DNA of 64,000 nucleotides from Camelus dromedarius (lineage: Eukaryota). The notes below the pieces were generated by a model, which saw nothing but the letters and a program-made list of their open reading frames with translations, made no database searches and was not told the origin of the DNA. Position 1 is the stretch's first letter; every line of letters starts with the position of its first letter. The position numbers and the translations under genes are program-made. The DNA is taken from positions 98,334,001 to 98,398,000 of the forward strand of contig NC_087472.1 in assembly GCF_036321535.1 (NCBI RefSeq). The letters run 5' to 3'. Below are positions 39,777 through 51,197 of the stretch, piece by piece.

Positions 39777-40438
39777 TGTTAGAGCAGGCAGGTAGCCAGA
39801 TATGAGCAGAGAAAGGGGGACACAAGCCAAAAGCAGGAATTGGGTTGGGCAAAAAAAAAAAAAAAAAAAAAGGTGAGGGGCCAAATGCAGGAAACCATAC
39901 ATCATGTAAACAACAGGGGTCCCTGGGCAGACAAAGAAAAGTAGAAACCTCTGGGCTGATAAGAAATCACACATTTTGGGGAGACAAGTGCCCTGGAGGC
40001 CAACAAAGAAAGGTGGGAAAAGGCAGGACTCTCCAGTGTCCGAATGTAACCTTTTGCTCATTATGCCCTCATTACAATAAAATTAGCCTTGCAGATTAAA
40101 AGTACCCATCATGCACTGACACCATGACACTTCCGATCCAGACTAAATAAGGACAAAAATTCCTCTTCCACCTCGGGAAGGTGGTGGCTGGGATGGAAAT
40201 CAGGGAATACGACCCCAAACCCTCCCTTCCCCAATGAATATTCAGCCCATTCATTTTTACACCCTATGTAACCAACTTGCCAAAGAAACTCGGGGCAGCT
40301 GCTCACCTGAGCCTGCCGGCTCTCCCCTTGAGAGTGTACTATGTATCCTTTAATAAATCCTCACTTTATTTTCGCTACCTCTGTGTCTCGTCCCTGAATT
40401 CTTTCTGGGAGGAGACAAGAATCTAATCAGCGGCAACA
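39777..40438 (+). mobile_element. ERV1 solo LTR, MER41/MER50-like
   Basis: TG start tgttagagcaggcaggtagccagatatgagcag. R/U5-like gagtgtactatgtatcctttAATAAAtcc...gtgtctcgtccctgaattctttct...gacaagaa...ggcaaCA. Confidence 0.7.
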
Positions 40439-40439
40439 C

Positions 40440-41695
40440 AATGACCTGGTTTTTGAATCAGCCCTGGCAATCCACTGAAACTCTTCTCTCTGAAGTCAAC
40501 AGTGGCTTTCAATTCTTCATGCCCCATCTTAAGAGATCGCTAAGTTCCAGGCCCTATGTCGAGCACTTGAGATGTGGATCTCATTGTCGCTGCTACCTTC
40601 ACTCCTACCCAAGTGCACCACGTTCCTCATGATCCAAGTCTGAAACTTAAGAGACACCCTCCATTCCTCTTTTCCATCCTCCTGCATCCAATCCGTTACC
40701 AAGGATACATTTGACTCTATCACTAAAATGCATTTTGAACCTTTCTTCTTGTCTTTTTCTCCACTGCCTGCACCTTTGTTTAGGTCACCATCATCTCTAG
40801 CCTTTTAAACATCCTCCCCTCTTCCCCAAGTACTTTAGCACAGTCCATGTTCCACATGGCAGCGCTAGTGAGCTCATCAAAGATCAAACCAGGCAACTCC
40901 ACTCCTTACAACCTTCCAAGGATCCCTACTACACTGAGAAAAAAAAGCATCTCTTGCCAAAATGACCTACAAAGGCCCTGCCAACTTCTGCCTGTCTTTC
41001 TCACCTCATGTCAGGCCACTCTTCTCTATGTTTGGGCTGCATTATTTTCCTGTGAGTTCTGAGAACATACTTTCCCATCTCAGGGCCTTTGCACATACAG
41101 TTTCCTTGCCTGAAATGTTCTCTTTTCACCCTATCAATTCCAATGCTTCTTGCAGAGATGCATCTCCTGCCACTCTCCCCAGCCCCCTGTCCCCATCCCC
41201 AGTTTCTCTTCCTCAGTCTTTGGTTTGTTTATTTTCATATCACTTAAGAGGATTTATCTTATTTATTTGTTTACTTAGCTTTGTCTGCCACCCACTCCAC
41301 AATGTAAGCTCTGAGAGCAGACACACATGTTTATTCACTGTTGTCTCCCCAGAGACAGTAGGGATAGGACACTGCTGGCATTTAGCAGAAGCCTGGGATA
41401 TTCAACTCAAACATTCCTTCTCTGTGAAGCCCTCAGCACCATGGGAGGGTTAGGGACAACTTCTTCTGAATTTCTATAATAGTTTATCTATAGCACTGAA
41501 GCCTAAAAACCATGTTGTGATTTACTTGTTTGTCTCCTTGACCAGACCATGGTGAACAGGCTTCTGGAACACAGAGCTATATAGCTTATTCATTTTTAAA
41601 CCCTCAGTACCTAGCACTGTGCCTGAGTCACAGTAGGCATCTGATAAAATGATGGCGTGTGATAAACGAATGTATGAATAAATGAATGAAATAGT
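40440..41695 (+). mobile_element. L2 relics
   Basis: cagggcctttgcacatacagtttccttgcctgaaatg...aatgtaagctctgagagcag...cctagcactgtgcctg...gaataaatgaatgaa. Confidence 0.7.
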
Positions 41696-42911
41696 ATTCT
41701 CATGGGAAAGGATGATTTAGCTAAAAGCTGGGAGTAACTGACAGGTGGATGCCAGCAATTTTTCTGAGGACAGAGGAGCAGATAGCATGCTTTTGGAGAT
41801 GGAGGTCTGAATTCACTTTTGAGGCTAGATAGCCCCTTTTGAGGCTAGATAGCCCCAAAATACTTTGGGGTGAGGGGAGAAGCTATTGAGCCATACAAAG
41901 GTGAAACAAAGGTCTCTCTCTCTCTCTTTTTTTTCTCCAAAGGTCTCTTTTTGAAATGAGTTGAAATGAGAAGTTTGGAGACAAGGAGATGCTAAACTGT
42001 TCTGCATGATTATGTGAAAGATTTTTTCCTATGGGTAGAGTTATAACTCTATACATTACTTCTTAGAAAAACTATTTTTCCCCTCTGGGGATACTTGTGA
42101 AAGTAAGCTAAATTCCAAGTAAGGAGACAGAACCATGGCTGCTGCCTCATGGCCTCACACTGGGGCTACGGAGAGAAGTGACTGGCTTGAAGTTATTACA
42201 TAGCATGCTCCCCCAGGGGGTGAACCTTGACACTTGCTGTCCTGGATTAAAAACAAGCATTGATTCATTTGCAGTTATGGTGTCAAAAGTTTAAATTTAA
42301 CACAGAAGTAAACAGTATGGGAAAATAAAGTGTTTTCCTAGGTCATGGCTAGCTTCTTTTTCATCATTCTTTCTTCTTAGCTAATCATTCTTCATTTGCT
42401 AATTTTTTCTGCTGTCAGCCTACACGGTTTTTTTTTGGGGGGGGAGGTTTATATGTTCACACATAATGGAACAAATAGTTATCTATTAATTCATTAAAAA
42501 TTTTTCATAACATGATTTAGTTTACTTTTTGCCCAAACTGTAGGTGGACCTTGGACAGAGCAGAAGTGAGCAAAGAGGAACCCGAAAGAAGCCTGTAATT
42601 TGGGGCAGATGGTAAGAATCTCATCCATGAGGGTGTTCAGAGAGGGGGCAAGGGTACGAGCAGCTTGGCGCTCTCCCTCTCTGTTGGCTTGCACGTAGAG
42701 GAACGAGGGGAAACCCATGGAATTTGGATCTTGAAGACTTTGATTAGGGTTGCGACTTGGACACTTGCTTGGCTTGTGAGTTTACCTTTCCCAGGATGAT
42801 CTGTCATGTATAAAATGGAGATCAAGAAAAGCAACAGCTGCTTCATAAAATGGCAGGGATTAAATGAGATTATGTGTATAAAAGCACATTTTCCAGTAAA
42901 GAACTCTGTAC

Positions 42912-42915
<4 letters not shown>

Positions 42916-42956
<41 letters not shown>
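42916..42956. repeat. (GT)~20 microsatellite
   Basis: Read directly from the sequence. Confidence 0.95.
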
Positions 42957-42957
<1 letters not shown>

Positions 42958-42989
42958 TGTCTACATAACTGCCATTCTCTTTCTTTGTT

Positions 42990-43429
42990 GCTAAGAGCAT
43001 CCTGATTTTATATAGGATGTTTGAGCTTAACTAGTCATTTCTACTCCATTCACGCTCTGCCACTTATTTATTTTCTTAGCCTCCTTTGAAGCCATGAGAC
43101 CCAGTTGCAGCCAACGAGATATAAGGGGAAGTCTGATGGGGCTTTAGGAAGAGTTTCCTCCCTGACATGAAGAAAGCCTGTATTGTTTGGATGCTAGTGG
43201 AAGATCCTGATTCTTGGAGCTGTGGCAGCCATCTTAAGAACATGAGGTAAGAAGCATGAGGGTGAAAAGTTGAAATTGTCTGGGTCTTTTTGGCTTCAGA
43301 AAATTTCTGAACCAATCTGGAACTACCTCCCTTCAAGTTTCTAAGTTTCTGAGGTGGTTAAATGACTGTATTGAGCTACTGCTAGTGAGGTATTCTGTTA
43401 CTTGTAACCAAATGCATCCTACCTGATAC
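42990..43429 (+). mobile_element. MaLR LTR relic (MLT1J/K-like)
   Basis: ggagctgtggcagccatctt...tattctgttacttgtaaccaaatgcatcctacctgatac. Confidence 0.65.
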
Positions 43430-43802
43430 CATATGTACAGGGCTTATGTGGGGGTATGTATATGGGTGTGCTTCCTTGAGGACACTGTGGTGTAACAGGT
43501 GAGAGCACTAAATATGGGAGTCAAAAAGCTGGGGATAAGTGGCTCTGAATTAACACTCTGAACCTTGACTTACTGATCTATACAATGGGAATGATAGCAC
43601 TTAATTCACAGAATTGATGGGAGGACTAAATAAAATAATACAAATGAACATGCTTTACAACTCTACAAGGGCTAGAGAGACCTACAGTGTAACTAGGTAT
43701 CCTCCTGCTGTTTGACTGTAGTGGAGGAGGGATGAAGGCAGGCAGGTTGGAATGACTTAAGTGAATTTTGCTTTTGCCAACAACCCCCAACCCTGCCCCT
43801 CC

Positions 43803-44313
43803 TGTCTTGGTTTGGGTGGCCTCAAATCCAGACACTGAGACAAGGACTTGCTCTTGTCTATTTGGTGGTCTATTGGGGTGATGATCCCGGAGAACACAAG
43901 TGAGGGAGTGGGGAAGTGAGACAGGGAAAGGAGGAAGCTGATAAGGGTATAATAATGAGTGAGCAGTTTCCTGCTGTGAGCAACTGGGGCTCAGTCCTCT
44001 GAGGACCTCTGGAAACTGTAGACCATATCTTGCAATCATTCCACCAGAGGATGGGGAGGTAGGGCATTTATCACCGACTTCCATTCCCATTGGGTGAGGT
44101 TTGTCCTTAGGGGTGTCTGCTCCCTGGTGCTTCTGGTCATGCCTGCAGCCTTCCCAGGCAACCCGCCTTGGAGATGGAGAGAGGTCTGATGCAAAGAAGC
44201 AGAGAGACTCAGGTTTTTGAGGTGTGAAGCTGACAGTGTACTGGGGACTGTCTACACCTGAAGAATTCAGGTGGGCAGAGTGATATTGAGAAAGACATCA
44301 CTGGGGTCTGCCA
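43803..44313 (-). mobile_element. ERVL LTR16C-like solo LTR
   Basis: tgtcttggtttgggtggcctcaaatccagacactgagacaagg...gagggagtggggaagtgagacagggaagg...ggggtctgccaca. Confidence 0.75.
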
Positions 44314-45805
44314 CACCTCCTCTTGGCTTCAACTAGTTCACTCTGGGTTTCTGTCACTTATGACCAAAGAAGTCCTGATGATGCAGCTCACCTCAGCTCT
44401 TCACACAGAGGCAGCCACATCCATGTTGGGCCAGCCCTGTGTACAAGGCACTGCTGCCAGGAGCACCTTCCCTGACATGCACAACACCAGTAGCTACTGA
44501 GGGGTCGCTGGGGGTGAAAAGACTGTGGCAAAATTTATGGGCTGACTGAAGGGCAAGGGGTCAAAAATGGCTCATTGTTGTTCATCCATGGAGTGATGCC
44601 ACCTCTTGTCTAGTGAAGAGCCCTGAGCACATGGATGCAGCCAAACATCTGGGGAAATATTAAGGTGTCAACTATATTCTCTTCCTCAGTGTGTAAGTAA
44701 CTCACCTTCAGTGCCATATGACCTCAAAGCATGATGTCTAAACTGAATTTTGAAGACATAGTTCTTTTAAACAACACATGAACAGAACTTAACGATGAAC
44801 CCCAAACCGAGATGAGCCACAGTTACTTGCTGACCTTGTAAGCTGCCAGAAAGTTGGTTTTCCTTTTATTGACCTGAAATCAAGCATTTGGAATGCATTC
44901 AGCTGCAGGGAACAGACACCCAACTTCAGGGGCTCATTCAGATCAGAGCTTCTTTGCCTCATGTAACGAGAGGACTAGCAGTCGATGGTTGCTAGTGATA
45001 GGTCAGCAGCTGACCGTGCTGTCAGGGACTCAGACATAGGGTCATTTTCATCCATCAGATGAATTATAAGTGAGTCCACTCTGTTTAATCCTTCTACTGA
45101 AGGGACATTCCATGTAAAAATAATTTTAGAGACGAGAGAAGTAAAAAAAATTAAAAGTAGTGCTATAAATAATGAGCATGTGCTTTAGGATTTGGCAGTA
45201 TTCTCTTTAAAAAGTGTTTTGTGTCATACCTGGTCCTGGCCTCTGTCATGCTTAAAACAGATTATTTTCTCTTTGTTTTGTTCTGTTGTTTCATGTGCTC
45301 TAGGGCCAAAGTCATTGCCACGAGTAGAGGTGGTAGAGCAGAGAGTGCAAGGACTCTGAGCCCTGGGACCACACGAGTCTGTTGATCTGTGACTGTTTTT
45401 GACCTACAAAAAGGAGGATGTAGTTCAATGTAATATTAGAATTATCAACATTTGGTGACTATTTATTGAGTGCTGATTATGAAGTGACAGCCTCAGCTCC
45501 TAAGTGACCAAGCTAGGACTCAAACATTGTTTGGTGTCAGGGCCCCCTCGGTGCCAACACCACCTCTCTCCAATTTTTATTCAACACTCCTCGTCTTCTG
45601 GCCTCCATGTAATAAAGCTATAGAAACTTTCCCTACTTTTCGAACTTCACCGTGCCCCCTCAGAATCTGTGAGAAAATGCAGCCAAGCATCTTCTGGAAG
45701 ATTAGGAGGGCAGGAAGATTCCACAGCCACCTTCCGGCTGATATTTGAGCCCTGCTTTCAGCACGGTCAAGCCTTTTGGAGGCGGCGTATGGCTTGTATC
45801 AAACT

Positions 45806-45815
45806 CTATATTTAG
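45806..45815 (+). promoter_or_regulatory. MEF2 consensus site in the SMPX proximal promoter
   Basis: CTATATTTAG fits YTA(A/T)4TAR and lies ~90 bp upstream of the inferred TSS of a striated-muscle gene. Confidence 0.7.
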
Positions 45816-45898
45816 GAAGAACAACTGTGAGCTATGACAGGAATTCTCTTGAACACTTAGCCTTAAACCGAGTTCCCCTCCAGCCCCGAGCTGGGAGC

Positions 45899-46078
45899 AG
45901 CTCTCAATACTGGGTGACGCGCCGAGCACTTGAGCTATTTCAGCCACATGAAAAGCATTGGGACTGAGATCGCAGCTCAGAGGACACCGGGCGTCCCTTC
46001 CACTCACTGAGGAGCCTCGTATTCCGGCACCTGGCTGCCTGGGACTTTCCCTAGGCAGTAAACAAATACCTAAAGCAG
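45899..46078 (+). other. SMPX: SMPX exon 1 (5' UTR, non-coding); TSS approximate
   Basis: gagctatttcagccacatgaaaagc...gagatcgcagctcagaggacaccgggcg...ctggctgcctgggact...ggcagtaaacaaatac matches the recalled SMPX mRNA leader. Donor CAG|GTAAGC at 46078/46079. Local CpG enrichment. Confidence 0.85.
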
Positions 46079-49000
46079 GTAAGCAGGAGGACCCAGCTCG
46101 GACAACTGGGCTTTCTGATGGAAATTTTCTTGCTACCTAACTCAAAGTGGCTACTTACAACTTTCTAGGACTGTAACCAGTGGGTGTAGCTTCCCTGTAA
46201 ATTCACTGTTCACTGGTGATGTTGCTGCTTCTGTTTTATAAACTGCTTGAGGGGGAGGTTGAAAAAATGCTGAACTAAAGGGAGTTTTCATTAATAGTGA
46301 CTTTAAGAAAATTTCCACAGTCCAGATACGATGACTGTTACCCTGAACATTTATGTCACTTTGATTCTTATGGCAAGGGTGCCAGTTGGTCACCTGCAGA
46401 CTGATTCGGGTTGTAAGCTTAGAAATAATCAGGAGAATTTGGGGGCAGAGGAAAGCTATAATGCTAGCTCTTTGGCTTACCTAAGTGCAAATTATTGCCA
46501 GAGCTGTTAACACAGCACAAGTTTAGAACACTTTTCTCCTCTCCCTAAGCGCCAGACTTGGCCTCAATGATAAAGTGCTATCAACATATAGATCCGTTAA
46601 TACTCCAGACCCATCTTTTCAAAAGCCTGTGACTGCGGTGTTCCCCGTTCCCAGCAGGGTGGAGGGCAGCAGCCCTGCCTCCCTCTGTGTGGGCACCAGA
46701 CTCTGATACATGGCAGTACTGAGTGCCTCTTCCCTCCCGGCATAGCTCAGGCAGAGTTGAATAGAGTTAGTTCCGACAGCTGAACATCTTTCTACACCCT
46801 TCTCAGGAATTATTTTTAGCTGCAGGACAGAAGATAATTCCCTTTGAGATTGAGCGGTAGCCATTTCATTGACCTTTAAAAAGAACAAAACAAAGCCCCC
46901 TCTCTCTAGCTATCGATTTATTTTCCTCTGAATCCCTTCTCATTAAATTAGCGACATTAATGTTGACAAATTGTTAGTAAGTGAAAGAGTCTTATTTAGA
47001 AGTCAGATATGAGACGCTGTCCAATCAAATACCAGCAGAGGTATAATGTACATGACTCAGCATACAGACCATTAAAGATCCCCACTGACTTGCAGAACTG
47101 CCAGGAAAACTCAGCTATGCTAAGCTGGCAAGCATTTCCATTATAGTATAGGCTTTGTAAAAGTCAATCTATGCCTGGTCAAACTTTCCATGTTTCTAAA
47201 TTGTAGCCAGAACCAAGAGACACAGTAATAGAGTGCTTTAAAGAGTACCTCTCTGGATGAAAAGCTGTGGCCCCGGTGTGAGTGGAGTTGTGCATCTAAG
47301 GCATAGCTTTCTTTTTTGGTCCAGGGACTGGGTGTGCAGATAAAGAAGGAAGGTGCATTCTACACCCTGCATCCGTGATGGAGGTGAACGCAGGGCCAGG
47401 GAAACAGCCAGGGAACACTGTCTATTTTTATTCATCAGTGTGCTTTGCCCTGATTTCTCTCAGAATAATGAGGACAGCAGGAACGGCTGCAGAACTGATT
47501 TACGCAAATGTTATCTAGCCTGTTTGCAAGGAATGAGAGCTGGTATCTGACCAACTTTCTGGAGGTGTCTCTCTCGCAGGCTGACATATATGTTAAGAAG
47601 GAATTTGTACATAAATGAGATTATACCAAAGCTATACTGGAGACAAGGCCCAACTACCCATCTCTTAGGCTCAGAGGTCCACAAAATACAAAGCAATCCA
47701 GTAGTTCAGTGAAAAAACAAAGTCAGTCTAATTTTACAAAAATCAGTGCAGTATGAACACAATCATTTATCGCCTGAGCTTTTGTTTTTTACATTTCAGC
47801 TTGCTTTTGTAATGCCATAAGGAAATTCCTAATTTGCCCGTTTTTAATCGATGTACAATATTTCTTTTAATTCCCAAGTCATATTAGTTAAACTTTAATT
47901 GTACACATACAGCGAATACTATATGATGAGATATTAAAAGTCCTGTGAGACTCATTGTTTTGCATGACTTTTAATAGCTTTTGAGGAACAGAAACATTAA
48001 AAATTAAACTATGAAGCTTTTCCTTTTGCAACTGAGCTGTGTCCTAGATCCAAAAATTAAAAATCCTTCACTGACTCTTTGACACTGCAGGAAAGACAGT
48101 AACCTATTGGAAACATACCACAGAGCAAAATGCATTCTTGATTGTTCAATTTGTTAGTGCTTTTTCATTTTTTAATCATGTTGAAAATAATTCTACCCTT
48201 ATGCACGGAGACTGTACTTCTGTATTACTAAAATATTCAGGTGAAACTTAAAAAAAACCCATCGTTTTCATGTATGTGTCTCCAAAGACTACATAGGTGG
48301 ATACTAATTACAGAGATTTTATAAAATTATACATTTGTTCAACTTCATATAATAGAGCCTAAGACTTTAAAGATCTCAAAAAAAAGAAAGTTTTTCAGAG
48401 TTCTCAGATCTTTTATCTCTAAAGTATTGTGAGGCATCACTACATCAATTCTTACTCTGTACTGAGAGCTGTAGACCAGTATAATGACTAAAAAGTTACT
48501 AGCTAAAAGCAATGGCAATGAAATGATGAATATTTGCATCATGCTTTATAGTCCACAAGGAATTTTCAGGAACATTATGTAGTTTTAATTCTTACCACAA
48601 CCTGTGAAGCAGGTAACATTTAAGGAAGACGAAATGGGCCTAGAGATGTCGACAGACATACTCTAGATGGACTGACGCACATGGGACTTGTAACAAATGC
48701 CAACACTGCTCTGTCTGTTCATTTACTCACCAGTTAGCTCACACTCCTACATCAGTCAAGAGAGGAAACCCTAGTCAACCCGGATTATAGTTTGGGTTTA
48801 AAAAGCAGCATGCTTTAAAAATATATATATACATAAAAAAACCCCAGAAAACAAATCCCCAAAAAGCAGCATGCTTTTAATTCACTGAGTTTCAAACTTT
48901 TTCACTCGGTCCTGTTGACATGTAATAGGCCAAGCTATAGCAACCTGAGCCTCAGTAAACCACATCTCTAGTCAGCCGGCTCTAAGTCAGGTCTCACGAG

Positions 49001-49767
49001 CTGAAAGAAAGCAAAGGACCTTTGGGAACGAAGCACTGCTACATATTGGGGATCTGACATGGTCACATCAGTCCTATTTGCCTTCTGAGATGGTTCATTT
49101 AAAGAAAAGAAGACAGGGGAGGCTTGCCTGCCGGCTGCCTGGTTTACAGAGCCCGGGCTCTGGACACACGGAGCAGGGAGATGCGGCCACGTCCTCCCAG
49201 CGTCCCGCAGGTCTCTGGGCAGAACAGACACGTGCACAGCGAGCGGGCAGCATCGCAGTAGCAGGAATGTGGTACAGACCCCCTCTCTTTGGGTGTTCGA
49301 AGGAGGAGAGGTGCTCCAGATGGACTGACGCATAGTCCAGGCAACAGCTGAGATCAAAAGTTCAGTTTCGAGCGGAAAGCTTCTGAGGCCCCAAACAAAG
49401 GTGTTTTATTCCCATAACCTCTTTGCTTCGCTGCTCTTGGCAGGGGGGCAGGAGGGCAGGGCAGGAGATGATAGCGCCTTTCAAGTTTCTGATTGCCTAT
49501 CGTTAGCATCAGGGGCGAGGCATCTCAGCATTTCTCCTCCTGAATGATTTATCCCGAGCTCTAGTGTTCCCTCTCCCTGAGCCTCTGGCAAGGAGAGTCT
49601 CTAAGTAACCGGAAACTGAGGCTGAAAGAATATATGGCCAATGAAAGGGGTGACTGCCCAGTTGAATCAGGAGTTAAATTCTAATTTATCAAGACTGAGA
49701 ATCAGAATGCCGCCACCTCTAACAGTTTCTTACTTGTTTTTTTAGGGATAAGAAAGACCGCACAAAT

Positions 49768-49806
49768 ATGTCGAAACAGCCAGTTTCCAATGTCAGAGCC
49801 ATCCAG
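49768..49806 (+). CDS. SMPX: SMPX exon 2 coding part (exon 49746-49806), MSKQPVSNVRAIQ
   Basis: Acceptor cttgtttttttag|G, ATG at 49768, donor CAG|GTAAGT. Peptide matches the SMPX N-terminus; phase 0. Confidence 0.97.
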
Positions 49807-50555
49807 GTAAGTAGGCAGATTTGTGTTTTAACATCAGCTCTGCATCTTCCAGTCTGTTTAATAAATCAGACTTTTTGAGACTGTTCACTCCTAACTGATG
49901 ATTAACGTCAAGAAGAAAAGAAAGACTCGTGTAAGGTGTAAGAGAGTATATAAGGCTGGTCAGGTACAACTAAGAAGGGAGGAGCTATTTTTGTGTCATT
50001 GTGCTGAATTGTAAGACAAAGTTTATGAATGAGAATTAAATGATCTTTTACAAAAATGTAGTGTGTATGCTTTCTGGTATGTTTTTTGAGGCACAAGGTT
50101 TTGATATGCTCATGGATAAAAATTTAAAAATTCAATTTCCATTCTTATATCCCATTGAGTTTGGTCACTCATCTGTTTAGAACACATCTTTCTTTAAATA
50201 ACATCCTTGTCTTGACAAATGTTCTTCCCAAGGCTTGAGTATTTACCTTTTAAAGTCTGTATGCTACTACGTCTCCTCCCAGCAAACCAATTCCTCAGTT
50301 GTTTCAACTGACTAAAGTGTCACACACAAGAAGGAACACAAATACAATTCTGGAGAAAACTTTCAGTATTTGTTTTCACTCAGTACGTAATCTGTTCTTT
50401 CTCTTAAGGGCTCTGTGTTTAACTCTCAAGTGGCCCCCACACTGAGATGCTAGGCACAACGCTTTACTGTAAAATTGCATCTTTCCTTTTCATCAACATG
50501 GAGCCATCTGTACTCTCTCTAAAGGAACTTTTAACCTTTTTTTTCCTGGACTTTT

Positions 50556-50639
50556 TTTTTTTTTAATGGAGGTACTGGATTGAACCCAGGACATCGTGCA
50601 TGCTAGCATGTGCTCTACCACTGAGCTCTACCCTCTCCC
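50556..50639 (-). mobile_element. tRNA-derived SINE (vic-1-like, short tail)
   Basis: Sense strand gggtagagctcagtggtagagcacatgc...cctgggttcaatcc with A and B boxes. TSD tttcctggactttt at 50542-50555 and 50640-50653. Confidence 0.9.
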
Positions 50640-51063
50640 TTTCCTGGACTTTTCTGAATACTGCAGAGCATATGGCAGTTCCCGAATATCTAGGGTCTGA
50701 TGCACCACCACAGCATAAACCTGTTCATAAACAACTGACCATATTTTTAAGGGGCATGCATGTGGTCTGGTTGTGGGGTGAGGAATCCTAGCACACATCG
50801 GCGGTGGAAGTGGGTGGAGGGACAGGTCTTTACCTCTCATGACTAACATAGAGCTGTAAATGGATGGGGTTCTTAAGTGGCAAAGATGTATAACAATCTC
50901 TGAAAACCTGTCATTGAACAAACCACCAAAAAAGGGACTACTGGCAAGGACTTATCTCTGCACTGCCACGTATGGCCCTCTGGTGTCCACCTAGTGAGTC
51001 TCTGAGGGACCCTGACGTTGGTAGTGGAATTCATTTTGCCTCCCAGACCTGTGGGCATCCTTG

Positions 51064-51197
51064 TATTGTTTGTTTTCTGAGGGGGATGTAATTAGGTTTC
51101 TTCACTGATTTCTGCTTGGAGGAGGTACCAGGGGTTGAACCTGGGACCTCTTCAGTGCTGAGCATGCGCTCTACCACCTGAGCTCTACCCTTCCCCT
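51064..51197 (-). mobile_element. tRNA-derived SINE (vic-1-like)
   Basis: A and B boxes present. Perfect 15-bp TSD ctgtgggcatccttg at 51049-51063 and 51198-51212. Confidence 0.9.

Noticed and set aside
50556..50639. Possible tRNA gene (A and B boxes)
   Set aside because: Has a poly(A) tail and TSD, and recurs in three other diverged copies; it is a tRNA-derived SINE.
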